Below, piece by piece: positions 9,330 to 18,717 of a DNA stretch of 64,000 bases. The DNA is from Bdellovibrionales bacterium. GTDB lineage: Bacteria > Bdellovibrionota > Bdellovibrionia > Bdellovibrionales > JAGQZY01. The stretch lies in contig JAIEOS010000066.1 in NCBI GenBank assembly GCA_019750295.1, forward strand, positions 2,183-66,182. Direction: 5' to 3'. Under the pieces are notes generated by a model. The model did not search any database. It was not told where the DNA came from and saw only the letters and a list, made by a program, of their open reading frames with translations. Position 1 is the first letter of the stretch, and each line of letters opens with the position of its first letter. Made by a program: the position numbers and the translations under genes.

Positions 9330-10588
9330 TAGCGAGGATATAATCCGCGAAGTAACATCGCACGTTCGATCTTCTTCACCGCGACGGCCATGGCCGCTTG
9401 GCGCATGCTCGTTTTATGCTCGAGAGTGAATTTCCAGACAGCATCAAAAGCATGAGTGATAATCTTCTTCATGTTTTTGTTCACCTGATCTTCATCCCAG
9501 AAGTACTGAGAAATATCCTGAACCCACTCGAAGTAACTGACGATCACGCCACCACCGTTGGCGAGAATGTCGGGAGCAACAACGATCCCTTTGCTATTCA
9601 GAATCTCGTCGGCCTCCATCGTCGTTGGTCCGTTGGCGCCTTCGATCACAAACTTGGCTTTAACTTGAGATGCATTGCCTTTGTGAATCACGCGATCCAA
9701 AGCGCAAGGAGCCAAGACATCGACTTCGAGAGTGAGGAGCTCTTCGTTCGTGATCGGAGTGGCCTTCGTATAACCTTTAAGAGATTTGTTTTTCTTCACA
9801 TATTCGACCGCATCGGCCACGTCGATCCCATCACCGTTAAAAATACCGCCAGAAACATCACTCACGGCGACGATGCGAGCGCCCATTTGAGATCCGAGTA
9901 GAGCCGCATGTTGACCGACGTTACCAAATCCTTGGATGGCAATACGGCTTCCGCTGATGGATTTTCCTTGAGTCGCCAAACATTTGTCAGCGATGTAAAT
10001 CACTCCGTAACCTGTCGCGGTCACGCGACCTAAAGACCCACCGATCTCAACCGGTTTACCCGTGACAACGCCAGGCTGAGCAAAGCCTTTTTGATGGGAG
10101 TAGGTATCCATGATCCAGGCCATGGTTTGCGCGTCGGTTCCCATATCAGGAGCGGGAATATCCTCTTGAGGTCCGATAAAAGGGGCGATTTCAGAGGCAA
10201 AACGACGAGTTAAACTTTGAAGCTCTGAGCGAGTTAATTTCGTCGGATCGACTTGAACTCCGCCTTTAGCTCCGCCGAGAGGAAGATTTAAGAGAGAGCA
10301 TTTGAAAGTCATAAGTGCCGCGAGGCCGGCCACTTCGCTCAAATCCACATCTTGGTGATAGCGAATTCCACCTTTGTAAGGTCCTAGTGTCGAGTTGTAC
10401 TGAACGCGATAGCCTGTAAACACTTTTACAGACTGATCGTCCATACGAACCGGAACGCTCACGATCACCGAACGGCGCGGTTGGCGTAATCGAGATAAAA
10501 CGTTTTTGTCACAGTTGATGAGTTTCGCGGCGCCATCGAGAGAAGAGAGGGCGTTCTTGAATAATTCACCATTTATAATTTGATCCAT
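9329..10588 (-). CDS. Glu/Leu/Phe/Val dehydrogenase family protein (glutamate dehydrogenase-like)
   Basis: It contains KGGIRYHQDVDLSEVAGLAALMTFKCSLLNLPLGGAKGG (catalytic Lys region) and a Rossmann motif IAIQGFGNVGQH. Start set at the ATG at 10588. Its stop overlaps the pyrD start (TAATG). Confidence 0.9.
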   Translation of the reverse strand: MDQIINGELFKNALSSLDGAAKLINCDKNVLSRLRQPRRSVIVSVPVRMDDQSVKVFTGYRVQYNSTLGPYKGGIRYHQDVDLSEVAGLAALMTFKCSLLNLPLGGAKGGVQVDPTKLTRSELQSLTRRFASEIAPFIGPQEDIPAPDMGTDAQTMAWIMDTYSHQKGFAQPGVVTGKPVEIGGSLGRVTATGYGVIYIADKCLATQGKSISGSRIAIQGFGNVGQHAALLGSQMGARIVAVSDVSGGIFNGDGIDVADAVEYVKKNKSLKGYTKATPITNEELLTLEVDVLAPCALDRVIHKGNASQVKAKFVIEGANGPTTMEADEILNSKGIVVAPDILANGGGVIVSYFEWVQDISQYFWDEDQVNKNMKKIITHAFDAVWKFTLEHKTSMRQAAMAVAVKKIERAMLLRGLYPR

Positions 10589-10763
10589 GCAGGTACCATC
10601 CTTCGATTGAACCTCACATCTTAGCCGAATCTCCATATGGCCTTAACCACTTTTTTAAATTGTCTTCTGCGTCAGTATTTTTGGTGGTCGAGTTGAGATA
10701 GATTTCTAGACCTGCCGGATTTTGTAGACTTTTTTACAGGACAGAACTAGCAATAGAGCACTT

Positions 10764-11765
10764 ATGACCACACAAAGCACATGGATTTTAGATCATCTGA
10801 CTCAACTGCAATCGAAACGCATTTTGGTGATCGGAGATGTTGGTTTAGACGTTTATTTAATGGGCGATGTAAAACGAATTAGCCCCGAAGCTCCGGTACC
10901 GGTGCTCGATGTGCGCAGCGAAGATGCGCGTTTGGGCCTGTCGGCCAACGTGGCCAACAACGTGCAAACCCTCGGCGGTGAGTGCGTCTTAGTCTCCGTC
11001 GTAGGAGAGGATCAGGGGGCAGAAGATCTCAAGGCCCTTCTTAAGGAAAATAAAATTGATACCCGTGGCATCATTACTGATCGCCAACGCCCGACCACTC
11101 GCAAAATGCGGTTATTGGCGGGTCAGCATCACATTGCTCGCGTAGACTTCGAAAAGAAGACGCCTTTGTCAGATGCGGTTAAAAAACAAGTTCTCAAAAA
11201 CGTCTCTGACTCTATGGCCTCGGTCGATTGTGTGATCCTCCAGGATTATGCGAAGGGCCTATTGGATCGCGACCTGTGCCAAGCGGTGATCCAGCTGGCT
11301 CAACAGAGCCATAAAAAAGTTTTAGTGGATCCCTATCGCTCAAGCCCCCTTGAAAATTACAAGGGCGCTTACTTAATGACACCGAACCGCGACGAATCCT
11401 TGGATCTCGCTCGGCAAAAAGATGTAACCATCAGCGACCAATCGAGCGAGGACATTGATCTCATTGGACGCACTCTAATGAAGTCGATTGCCAGCGAGCA
11501 AATGGTGGTCACTTTAGGGTCAGCAGGGATGCGTTTATTCTCGAAAGACAAAACCCAGACACTTCCCACCTATGCTCAGAACGTCTTTGATGTGACCGGA
11601 GCGGGCGATACGGTAATATCTGCGATTTCTTTAGCATTATCAGCAGGTTGGAGCTTAGAGCATGCAGGGATATTGGCCAACTTTGCGGCCGGCGTGGTGG
11701 TCGGCAAAGTGGGCTGTGTGCCCTGTGAACTTGAGGATTTAAAAGCTTTTCTTAGAAAGACGTAA
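10764..11765 (+). CDS. hldA: D-glycero-beta-D-manno-heptose-7-phosphate kinase (RfaE domain I only; PfkB family)
   Basis: The 333-aa ORF contains ILVIGDVGLDVY..., EAPVPV and the PfkB C-terminal motif DVTGAGDTVISA. There is no adenylyltransferase domain. Confidence 0.8.
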   Translation: MTTQSTWILDHLTQLQSKRILVIGDVGLDVYLMGDVKRISPEAPVPVLDVRSEDARLGLSANVANNVQTLGGECVLVSVVGEDQGAEDLKALLKENKIDTRGIITDRQRPTTRKMRLLAGQHHIARVDFEKKTPLSDAVKKQVLKNVSDSMASVDCVILQDYAKGLLDRDLCQAVIQLAQQSHKKVLVDPYRSSPLENYKGAYLMTPNRDESLDLARQKDVTISDQSSEDIDLIGRTLMKSIASEQMVVTLGSAGMRLFSKDKTQTLPTYAQNVFDVTGAGDTVISAISLALSAGWSLEHAGILANFAAGVVVGKVGCVPCELEDLKAFLRKT

Positions 11766-11805
11766 ATCTTCCTTTTGTTGATGGCCTGTGTTACAAGATC
11801 GGCTC

Positions 11806-12870
11806 ATGTCGAAAACCAATTTTTTCAATCTCAGTCTCGAAGATTTGCAGGCGTTTTTACTCGGTAAGGGTAAGGAGAAATTTCGCGCGCAGCAGATCTA
11901 TAAATGGGTTTACGACAAGCGCGTTTTTGATGTCGACCAGATGACCAATCTCGCCAAGGGCTTCCGTGACGAAGTTCGCGACCTTCTCACCTTTGATCTC
12001 CCGCCCGTCGTTGAGCACCGTAAAAGTGTGGATGGAACCCAAAAGTTTTTATTTAGCATTGATAAATTCACCGTAGAAGCCGTTCTTATTCCCGCCGATG
12101 ATCGCAATACCCTTTGTGTATCCTCGGAAGTGGGATGCAATATGGCCTGCCAGTTTTGCTACACCGGCAAACAAAAATTAAAACGCCGTCTTACGTCTGG
12201 CGAAATTGTCGGTCAGTTTTTGCAGGTGGCAAAGCGTCTTGATGAAGGCACTCGCATCACCAATATCGTATTTATGGGCATGGGTGAGCCCCTCGACAAC
12301 ACCGAAGAAGTTTTTAAAGCGATTAAAATTTTAAATGACGATCGCGGTATCAACTTCTCCCGCAAAAAAATAACTGTCTCGACATCGGGTCTTGTTCCAC
12401 AGATTCCTCTGGTGACGGAGTCGGGTGTGCGCCTCGCTGTCAGTCTCAATGCGCCGAACGATGAGATTCGCAATGTGATCATGCCCATCAATAAAAAATA
12501 TCCTTTGGAGCAACTCCTCGAGGCCTGCCGTGTGCACGCCGAAGAGTCCCGCGATCGTGTCACGTTCGAGTATGTTCTGCTCAAAGACGTGAATGATGAT
12601 CTCGATCACGCCAAACAAGTGGCGCGCATGCTCAAAGGCATTCCGTGCAAGGTCAATTTGATTCCATTCAACGAACATCCTGATTCGGGATTTTATCGTC
12701 CTGAGTCCAAAAAAGCGTTTCACTTTCAGAAGGAATTGTTGAATAAAGGGTTTCACACGACGATTCGAAAAACTATGGGTCGCGATATTTTTGCAGCTTG
12801 TGGTCAATTGACGTCACTACACGATAAGAAGCCCGTGTTCCAAGATGTGGTCACCGGCGTCCTCGGCTAA
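11806..12870 (+). CDS. rlmN: 23S rRNA/tRNA (adenine-C2)-methyltransferase RlmN, radical SAM
   Basis: It contains FRAQQIYKWVY, a radical SAM cluster motif CNMACQFCYTG, MGMGEPLDN and a C-terminal ACGQL. Start set at the ATG at 11806. Confidence 0.9.
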   Translation: MSKTNFFNLSLEDLQAFLLGKGKEKFRAQQIYKWVYDKRVFDVDQMTNLAKGFRDEVRDLLTFDLPPVVEHRKSVDGTQKFLFSIDKFTVEAVLIPADDRNTLCVSSEVGCNMACQFCYTGKQKLKRRLTSGEIVGQFLQVAKRLDEGTRITNIVFMGMGEPLDNTEEVFKAIKILNDDRGINFSRKKITVSTSGLVPQIPLVTESGVRLAVSLNAPNDEIRNVIMPINKKYPLEQLLEACRVHAEESRDRVTFEYVLLKDVNDDLDHAKQVARMLKGIPCKVNLIPFNEHPDSGFYRPESKKAFHFQKELLNKGFHTTIRKTMGRDIFAACGQLTSLHDKKPVFQDVVTGVLG

Positions 12871-12879
12871 GGAGAAAAC

Positions 12880-13791
12880 ATGTCAGAAATTCTAGTGGTT
12901 GGTAGCTTGGCGTATGATTCGATCGCAAGTCCCGAAGGAAAAGTCGCAAAAAGCTTGGGCGGTGCTGCCAACTTCTTCTCTGTAGCGGCTCATCACTTTT
13001 CTCCTGTTCGCGTCGTTGGTGTGGTCGGAGATGATTATTCTCAAGGCGACCTCGACGTATTACAAAAGCGAAAAGGCATTGATACCACCGGGATTCAGAA
13101 AATTCCCAATGGAAAAACGTTTCATTGGGAAGGGAAGTACGAAGGCGACTTGAGCGAGGCGATCACTCTCAATACCGAACTCAATGTGTTCGCGAACTTT
13201 AATCCGACACTTCCAGAAAACTACAAAAACTCCTCTCATGTATTTCTCGCCAACATTGATCCGACTCTACAACTCAAGGTCCTCGAGCAGGTGAAGGCGC
13301 CAAAGCTCATCGGTGCCGACACGATGAATTTTTGGATCACATCTAAACTCGACGTCCTTCAGCAGATGATTAAAAAAATCGACGTCATTTTTATTAACGA
13401 AGCCGAGGCTAAGGTGCTCACAAAGACGGCCAATGCCATTGCGGCTTCGGAAGTTCTCCTTCAGCAAGGACTCAAAGCGGTTGTCATCAAACGCGGGGAG
13501 TATGGTGTGGTTCTTCGAATGGCCGAAGGCATTGCAATTCTCCCAGCCTATCCGATCTCTAAAGTTTTTGATCCGACCGGTGCCGGCGACTCTTTTGCGG
13601 GAGCTTGTTTTGGATACCTAGCGCGCGCCGAAAAATTTGATTTCGCAACGTTAAAACAAGCCGCCGTCTACGGAACCTGTATGGCAAGCTTTACGGTTGA
13701 AAAATTCGGACTCGGTCGTCTCCTAGAGGTTCGTCCAGAAGATCTCGAAGAGCGGCGCCAGCAGCTTTTAACTATATCCTCTTTTAACTAA
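12880..13791 (+). CDS. PfkB-family carbohydrate/nucleoside kinase
   Basis: The 303-aa ORF has an N-terminal GSLAYD and the C-terminal PfkB motif DPTGAGDSFAGA. GGAGAA lies upstream of the ATG. Confidence 0.75.
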   Translation: MSEILVVGSLAYDSIASPEGKVAKSLGGAANFFSVAAHHFSPVRVVGVVGDDYSQGDLDVLQKRKGIDTTGIQKIPNGKTFHWEGKYEGDLSEAITLNTELNVFANFNPTLPENYKNSSHVFLANIDPTLQLKVLEQVKAPKLIGADTMNFWITSKLDVLQQMIKKIDVIFINEAEAKVLTKTANAIAASEVLLQQGLKAVVIKRGEYGVVLRMAEGIAILPAYPISKVFDPTGAGDSFAGACFGYLARAEKFDFATLKQAAVYGTCMASFTVEKFGLGRLLEVRPEDLEERRQQLLTISSFN

Positions 13792-13897
13792 ATCTTCTCG
13801 CGTTTCGTCGAGTTCGGCGAATGCAGCCCCTACTTTTTGGGCGGGTTTATTAAAAATTTCTCAATAAAGTTCGGGTGGTAGCCGATATTGAGAGTGG

Positions 13898-14902
13898 ATG
13901 AAAAATAAGAAAAAGATTCAAGACAAGCTCACTTCGATCAAATCGAAGGTTTCGATTCCTCTCCCGGATGATAAAAAAATCCTGGCGGAGGAAATTCCTT
14001 TTGGGGAAGGGCAAAGAACTTCTGTGGCGATTCGTTCGCCCAAGCCTGACGATATGAATCTGGCCACGGCCGTCATCCAAGGGTCTGATGATAATGATCG
14101 CACAGCAGTGAATGAAGGGATAACGCTGGAAAGGCTTCCCTCTGCAGAAGCCTCTCGCACGGGCGCCACCGACACCGCTTCGAACGAGGCCGTCGAGGAG
14201 AGCACTCAGCGCGATGGACATACGCTGCGTCAGCAGGACGAGCGTGTGAGCTATGGTGATGTTTATCAAGTCGAAGAGAATCAGTCTCCTAAGTTAGAGT
14301 CTATAGAGTCGATTCTCAAACAGACCGAAGGCCTCCGCAAAGCTCAGCTTCAGATCGATGATCTCAATAAAGAGATCGAAGGTCTTCGTCGGGAGAATGA
14401 CGCATTACTGTCTTCAGCGGATACCTTCCAGCGTCTGAGCGACGATCGTCACGAGGAGCTCGAGAAGATCAAAGCCGAAATGTTAGGCCTTAGAAAGCAT
14501 TTCGAAGAGGAAATTGCGATTCGGACTCAGTCCTTAATCGGGAAGGATAAGCTGATTAACGAGTTAAAGCAGGTGAACTCCGACCTTAAAGCCAAGGTGG
14601 AGTCAAACTTTAAGCAAATTCGTAAGCGAGAGCGCGATCTCGAATACCGCTTAGAGCTGGCGAAAGTGGAAAAAGAGGCCTTACTCAAAGCGAAAGACAA
14701 ATCAATTTTAGAATTAAATCATGCTAATGAAAAATCGGCACAGGATGTGGAGATATATAAAGCAAAAGCCAAGGAACATTATGATAATTTGCGCAAACAG
14801 CAGCAAACGGTCAGATCCGCGGTCAGAGCGTTGCGTATTGCACTTGCTGGCCTTGAAGGGGATTTTGGGGTGGATTTAGAGGTTCTCAAAAAAGCCGAAT
14901 AA
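13898..14902 (+). CDS. Hypothetical protein: acidic disordered N-terminus followed by a long coiled coil
   Basis: The 334-aa ORF has a continuous heptad-like E/K/L-rich C-terminal 200 aa (LRKAQLQIDDLNKEIEGLRRENDALL...). I see no enzymatic motif. Confidence 0.5.
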   Translation: MKNKKKIQDKLTSIKSKVSIPLPDDKKILAEEIPFGEGQRTSVAIRSPKPDDMNLATAVIQGSDDNDRTAVNEGITLERLPSAEASRTGATDTASNEAVEESTQRDGHTLRQQDERVSYGDVYQVEENQSPKLESIESILKQTEGLRKAQLQIDDLNKEIEGLRRENDALLSSADTFQRLSDDRHEELEKIKAEMLGLRKHFEEEIAIRTQSLIGKDKLINELKQVNSDLKAKVESNFKQIRKRERDLEYRLELAKVEKEALLKAKDKSILELNHANEKSAQDVEIYKAKAKEHYDNLRKQQQTVRSAVRALRIALAGLEGDFGVDLEVLKKAE

Positions 14903-14926
14903 CAACACCCTCCGAATCAACGGCGT

Positions 14927-16000
14927 ATGAAGAAAATAAAACTTGTGATCAGTGATTTACATCTTGGAAAAGGGCGAAGACTGCCAAACGGTATGGTCAA
15001 TCCCTACGAGGAGTTTTACTTCGAAGATAAGCTCGTCGAATTTATTGATTTTTTCTCCAGCGGTAAATATCGAGAGTATGAAGTCGAACTGATCATTAAT
15101 GGCGACTTCCTCAATTTTTTACAAGTTGATTACAACGGACACTTCCTCGCCGTCGAGACCGAGGGCATGTCGCTCGATAAACTCAAAAATATCATCAAGG
15201 GGCAAAGTAAGGTCTTTAAAGCCCTTCGTGAATTCGCCGCTTCTCCCGGAAAGTCGATCGCTTACATCGTCGGGAATCATGATCAAGCGATGCTATGGCC
15301 TCAATTACGCGCTTACTTTAACGAAGTGATCGGCGTTCCTGTTAAATTTAAGAATATCGCGTATAACTTCGATGGAATTCATATCGAACATGGTCATATG
15401 CACGAAGCGGCCAATCGTTTGGATCCGAAAAAATTCTTTCTTAAGAAAGATCTGCCAGAGCCCATCATGAACCTTCCGTTTGGCTCGTACTTTTTTATCG
15501 ATTTTGTCATGCGCGTGAAGCAACAGCACGCACATATTGATAAAATTCGTCCATTTAAAAAACTCATTCGTTGGGCATTGGTTAACGAGACCTGGTTTAC
15601 GATCGTGACACTGGGAAAACTCCTCTGGTTTTTCGCGAAAGCTTTATTTGTTCAACAAGCGACCACGCAGTTTTCTCCGAAACGAATTATTCAAACCTTT
15701 TTGGAGAGCGCCATTTTTCCGGATCTCAGTGATTCCGCTCATCGCATTCTTAAGCACGATGCCGTGAACACGGTGATTTTTGGTCATACCCATGTTTATG
15801 AGTACAGACAGTGGGAGGGTGGCAAAGAATATATCAATACGGGAACTTGGACCGAGGTCACTTCTCTTGATGTTAAGAATCTCGGAAAAATTACAAAACT
15901 GACTTACGTCTTTATCGATTACGAAACTGGTCGACCACTTTGTCGCTTGAAAGAGTGGAAGGGTTACCATAAGGTTGAAGAAGACGTTGTCGTGGCCTAG
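14927..16000 (+). CDS. Calcineurin-like metallophosphoesterase (LpxH/LpxG-like layout)
   Basis: The metallophosphoesterase motifs occur in order: ISDLHLG, NGDFLNF, GNHD, HGH and GHTH. There is a hydrophobic segment WFTIVTLGKLLWFFAKALFV. It starts 24 nt after the coiled-coil gene. Confidence 0.75.
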   Translation: MKKIKLVISDLHLGKGRRLPNGMVNPYEEFYFEDKLVEFIDFFSSGKYREYEVELIINGDFLNFLQVDYNGHFLAVETEGMSLDKLKNIIKGQSKVFKALREFAASPGKSIAYIVGNHDQAMLWPQLRAYFNEVIGVPVKFKNIAYNFDGIHIEHGHMHEAANRLDPKKFFLKKDLPEPIMNLPFGSYFFIDFVMRVKQQHAHIDKIRPFKKLIRWALVNETWFTIVTLGKLLWFFAKALFVQQATTQFSPKRIIQTFLESAIFPDLSDSAHRILKHDAVNTVIFGHTHVYEYRQWEGGKEYINTGTWTEVTSLDVKNLGKITKLTYVFIDYETGRPLCRLKEWKGYHKVEEDVVVA

Positions 16001-16023
16001 CCCGCGCAGTCGTAGAGGGCTTC

Positions 16024-17259
16024 ATGTGGAAAATTAAAAATACAGCGGTAGATTTAACGGGTTCAACGTATTTGCGTTCAGCCAAGGACGCCCTCACGCG
16101 TGTTATCGCCGATCCCTCCGTTGGATTTTGCAAACCCGAAATTCTCGAGCGTGGTTTAACGTCCACTTTGTCGGTAGTTAAACCGCTCCTCTCCACTTGC
16201 GATCAGGTGGCCGTTTTGGGAATTGGGGGAAGCACTCTGGGGGCTCAAGCCCTTATGCAAGCTCTCCAAGCCGAATCGATCACTTCATCTCGAATTTTAT
16301 TCTTTGATAATATCGACAGTAAAAGTTTTTACCGAAAACTGAAAGCCATTAAGAATCCTGACAGATGTATTTTTTTGTTGGTCTCTAAAAGTGGTGGAAC
16401 GATCGAGACACTTTCGCAGGCCGAATTTATTCATCAGTATCTAATGAAAAATTTTAGCGTGCCATTGCAGTCTCGTGCGGTGGTGATCACAGAGTCGAAG
16501 TCGAATCCTTTGATGGATTGGATGAAAACAGAAGGTCGGCAACTCGAAGTTCCATTGAATGTCGGTGGTCGGTATTCGGTTTTAACTCCTGTAGGAATGG
16601 GACCGGCAGCACTCATGGGATTAAAATCCGAAAAGCTGTTGGCCGGTGGTCAAATGGCTTTGTCAGACACGGGGCTTGCCTGCGAAATGATAGCGCAGTT
16701 TCTGCGAAGCTTCGAAAACGGTGAAGCAACGACTTACTTTTTTAATTACTGTGACGACCTCGAATATTTTGGAATGTGGATTGAGCAACTCTGGGCCGAA
16801 TCCCTTGGCAAGAAAACCGATAACAAGGGGAAGGTGGCTCCCGCGGCGAGTATTCCAATCTCTTTGCGGGGGGCTGCAGATCAGCACTCGGTTCTCCAGC
16901 AAATTGCAGAAGGCGTTCAGAAGAAGTTTGTGTGTTTCCTTCGAGTGGGGGAAAGCGAGGCGGGTGGGGAGCGGCTGTCTTCCACGCAGTTTAAGAATAT
17001 GGAGCTGATGCACGGTAGATCTCTCGGCGAGCTGATGGCGGCCGAGGCGTCAGCCACTGAACAATCCTTAAACAATTTGGGCGTAAATTCTCTGAGTCTC
17101 TACACTGAGCGGTTAACCGAGGAGAGCATAGGTTACCTGTTCATGACCTTTGAGCTCGTGGTCGCGAGTCTGGGTCTAGCTTTAGGTATCAATCCTTTTG
17201 ATCAACCTGGCGTCGAGCATGGAAAAGTGATCACACGTTCCATTTTGACACAAAAATAA
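16024..17259 (+). CDS. pgi: Glucose-6-phosphate isomerase (short type)
   Basis: It contains GIGGSTLG, LVSKSGGTIET, GGRYSVLTPVG and a C-terminal DQPGVEHGK. Confidence 0.85.
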   Translation: MWKIKNTAVDLTGSTYLRSAKDALTRVIADPSVGFCKPEILERGLTSTLSVVKPLLSTCDQVAVLGIGGSTLGAQALMQALQAESITSSRILFFDNIDSKSFYRKLKAIKNPDRCIFLLVSKSGGTIETLSQAEFIHQYLMKNFSVPLQSRAVVITESKSNPLMDWMKTEGRQLEVPLNVGGRYSVLTPVGMGPAALMGLKSEKLLAGGQMALSDTGLACEMIAQFLRSFENGEATTYFFNYCDDLEYFGMWIEQLWAESLGKKTDNKGKVAPAASIPISLRGAADQHSVLQQIAEGVQKKFVCFLRVGESEAGGERLSSTQFKNMELMHGRSLGELMAAEASATEQSLNNLGVNSLSLYTERLTEESIGYLFMTFELVVASLGLALGINPFDQPGVEHGKVITRSILTQK

Positions 17260-17332
17260 GTTTTTCCTAATTTAAGTTTTTTTCATAATATTCCGTTACT
17301 TAACATGTACAACGCGTTGTTAAGGAGACTTC

Positions 17333-18277
17333 ATGTCAGCAAAAAAGATCAATGCCTTTGATGATGCTTTTACAGCAACTGATGAGAAGACGAGTGTTGT
17401 TCAGGGTTTAACCTTCGACAAAAAACTTCAACAGATTTCCAAAATGCCTCCTTCGTTGGTGCTTTTGATGGGCCCAGCAGGATATCAAGGTCGACAGTGG
17501 AGTTTGGATAACGCAGACGTTATTATCGGTCGTTCCATGAGTTCCGATGTTTTCATCGATGATCGAAGTGTGAGTAAATCTCACGCTAAGCTCACTTATG
17601 GTTTTGGTGAAGTTTCGATTATTGATTTAGATTCCACCAACAAAACTATTGTTAACGGTGCTGCAATTCCCCCCTTCGTTCCTAAAAAACTTGAGAATAA
17701 CGATCAGATCAAAATTGGTAACGTTCTTTTTAAATTTTTAGAGCAGGGAAGTATCGAAGCGATCACTCACCAAAATCTTCAGCAAAAGAGTGAGAAGGAC
17801 CCACTCACAGGCGCCTGGAACAAAGGTGCTCTTCTTGTTAAAGGCCCCGAGTTCTTTAAACGGGCTCGTCTGTTAAACACTCCCATGAGTCTTTTGGTTT
17901 TAGATTTAGATCACTTCCGCAGAATTAACGAGACCTACTCCCACTTAGGTGGCGATGTTGTTCTTAGAGAAGTTTCGCAAGTGGTGAATAAACTCATTCG
18001 TAACGATGATTACTTTGCACGCTTCGGTGGTGAAGAATTTGTCGTGATGTTATTTGGATCCAATATCCAAAAAGCAGAAGAGATCGGCGAGCGTATTCGT
18101 TCGACCATCGAGAAGCACGAGTTTTCGCATCAAGGTCAAAACATCCCTGTGACCACCTCAATAGGGATTTCTGCCCAAGAGCCAGAGATGTCGACCTTCG
18201 ATGAACTCTTCGCGAAAGCCGACACCGCTCTTTACGCCTCGAAAAACTCCGGCCGTAACCGCGTCACCTGTTTGTAA
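17333..18277 (+). CDS. FHA-domain diguanylate cyclase (GGDEF), DgcB-like architecture
   Basis: An FHA core is present (IIGRSMSSDVFIDDRSVSKSHAKL...DLDSTNKTIVNG...IKIGNVLFKF), followed by a GGDEF domain with an intact RFGGEEF. An RNDD (RxxD) lies five residues upstream of the GGEEF. AAGGAG lies upstream of the ATG. Confidence 0.88.
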   Translation: MSAKKINAFDDAFTATDEKTSVVQGLTFDKKLQQISKMPPSLVLLMGPAGYQGRQWSLDNADVIIGRSMSSDVFIDDRSVSKSHAKLTYGFGEVSIIDLDSTNKTIVNGAAIPPFVPKKLENNDQIKIGNVLFKFLEQGSIEAITHQNLQQKSEKDPLTGAWNKGALLVKGPEFFKRARLLNTPMSLLVLDLDHFRRINETYSHLGGDVVLREVSQVVNKLIRNDDYFARFGGEEFVVMLFGSNIQKAEEIGERIRSTIEKHEFSHQGQNIPVTTSIGISAQEPEMSTFDELFAKADTALYASKNSGRNRVTCL

Positions 18278-18287
18278 TTTAGTAAAA

Positions 18288-18312
18288 GTGCTGTCCGTCC
18301 ATTCGACAGCAC
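18288..18312 (+). terminator. Hairpin after the FHA-GGDEF gene (possible terminator)
   Basis: GTGCTGTC (18288-18295) pairs perfectly with GACAGCAC (18305-18312) around a 9-nt loop, 10 nt after the stop codon. There is no clear U-tract. Confidence 0.4.
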
Positions 18313-18717
18313 CTTGATCAATGTTTGTGAATTCTCTCACATATTTGTAAGTCCAAAAGTCATCCTGATCCAAGTTCTGTCATCGAGAGCCTTAGCGGAG
18401 GACTCCGAAACCTAAGCCCACTGTGGATTTGCTGGGGATCTCACTTATGGATCCGATAAAAAAATGTGTCTCGACATTATGCTGCGTTGGTCCTAAATTG
18501 GGTCCTGTTCCGGGCGTTCTAGCCCATAACCCGAGTGAGGACGTATGTTGAAGATGTGGAATAAACGACCGACTAAACCGTGGTGATCTAAGACCTCTAT
18601 TGTTCTTCAACTCGATTTCCAGCCCAACTAACAAATACAAAAGAAAGATAAGTGAATTCGTTCGGGGGGAATGATTTCGCTTTATTGAGAATTTTAAGAC
18701 TATCCGGGGGGAAGGTC

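Noticed and set aside
12331-12807. 158-aa and 123-aa minus-strand ORFs inside rlmN.
   Set aside because: They are antisense to a radical SAM gene with all signature motifs. Their composition is typical of shadow ORFs.
18392-18640. An 82-aa minus-strand ORF in the gap upstream of the ECF sigma gene.
   Set aside because: I did not annotate it as a CDS. It has no SD and odd composition, and it overlaps another equally implausible ORF (18597..18845). It is kept only as a possible gene remnant in the findings.
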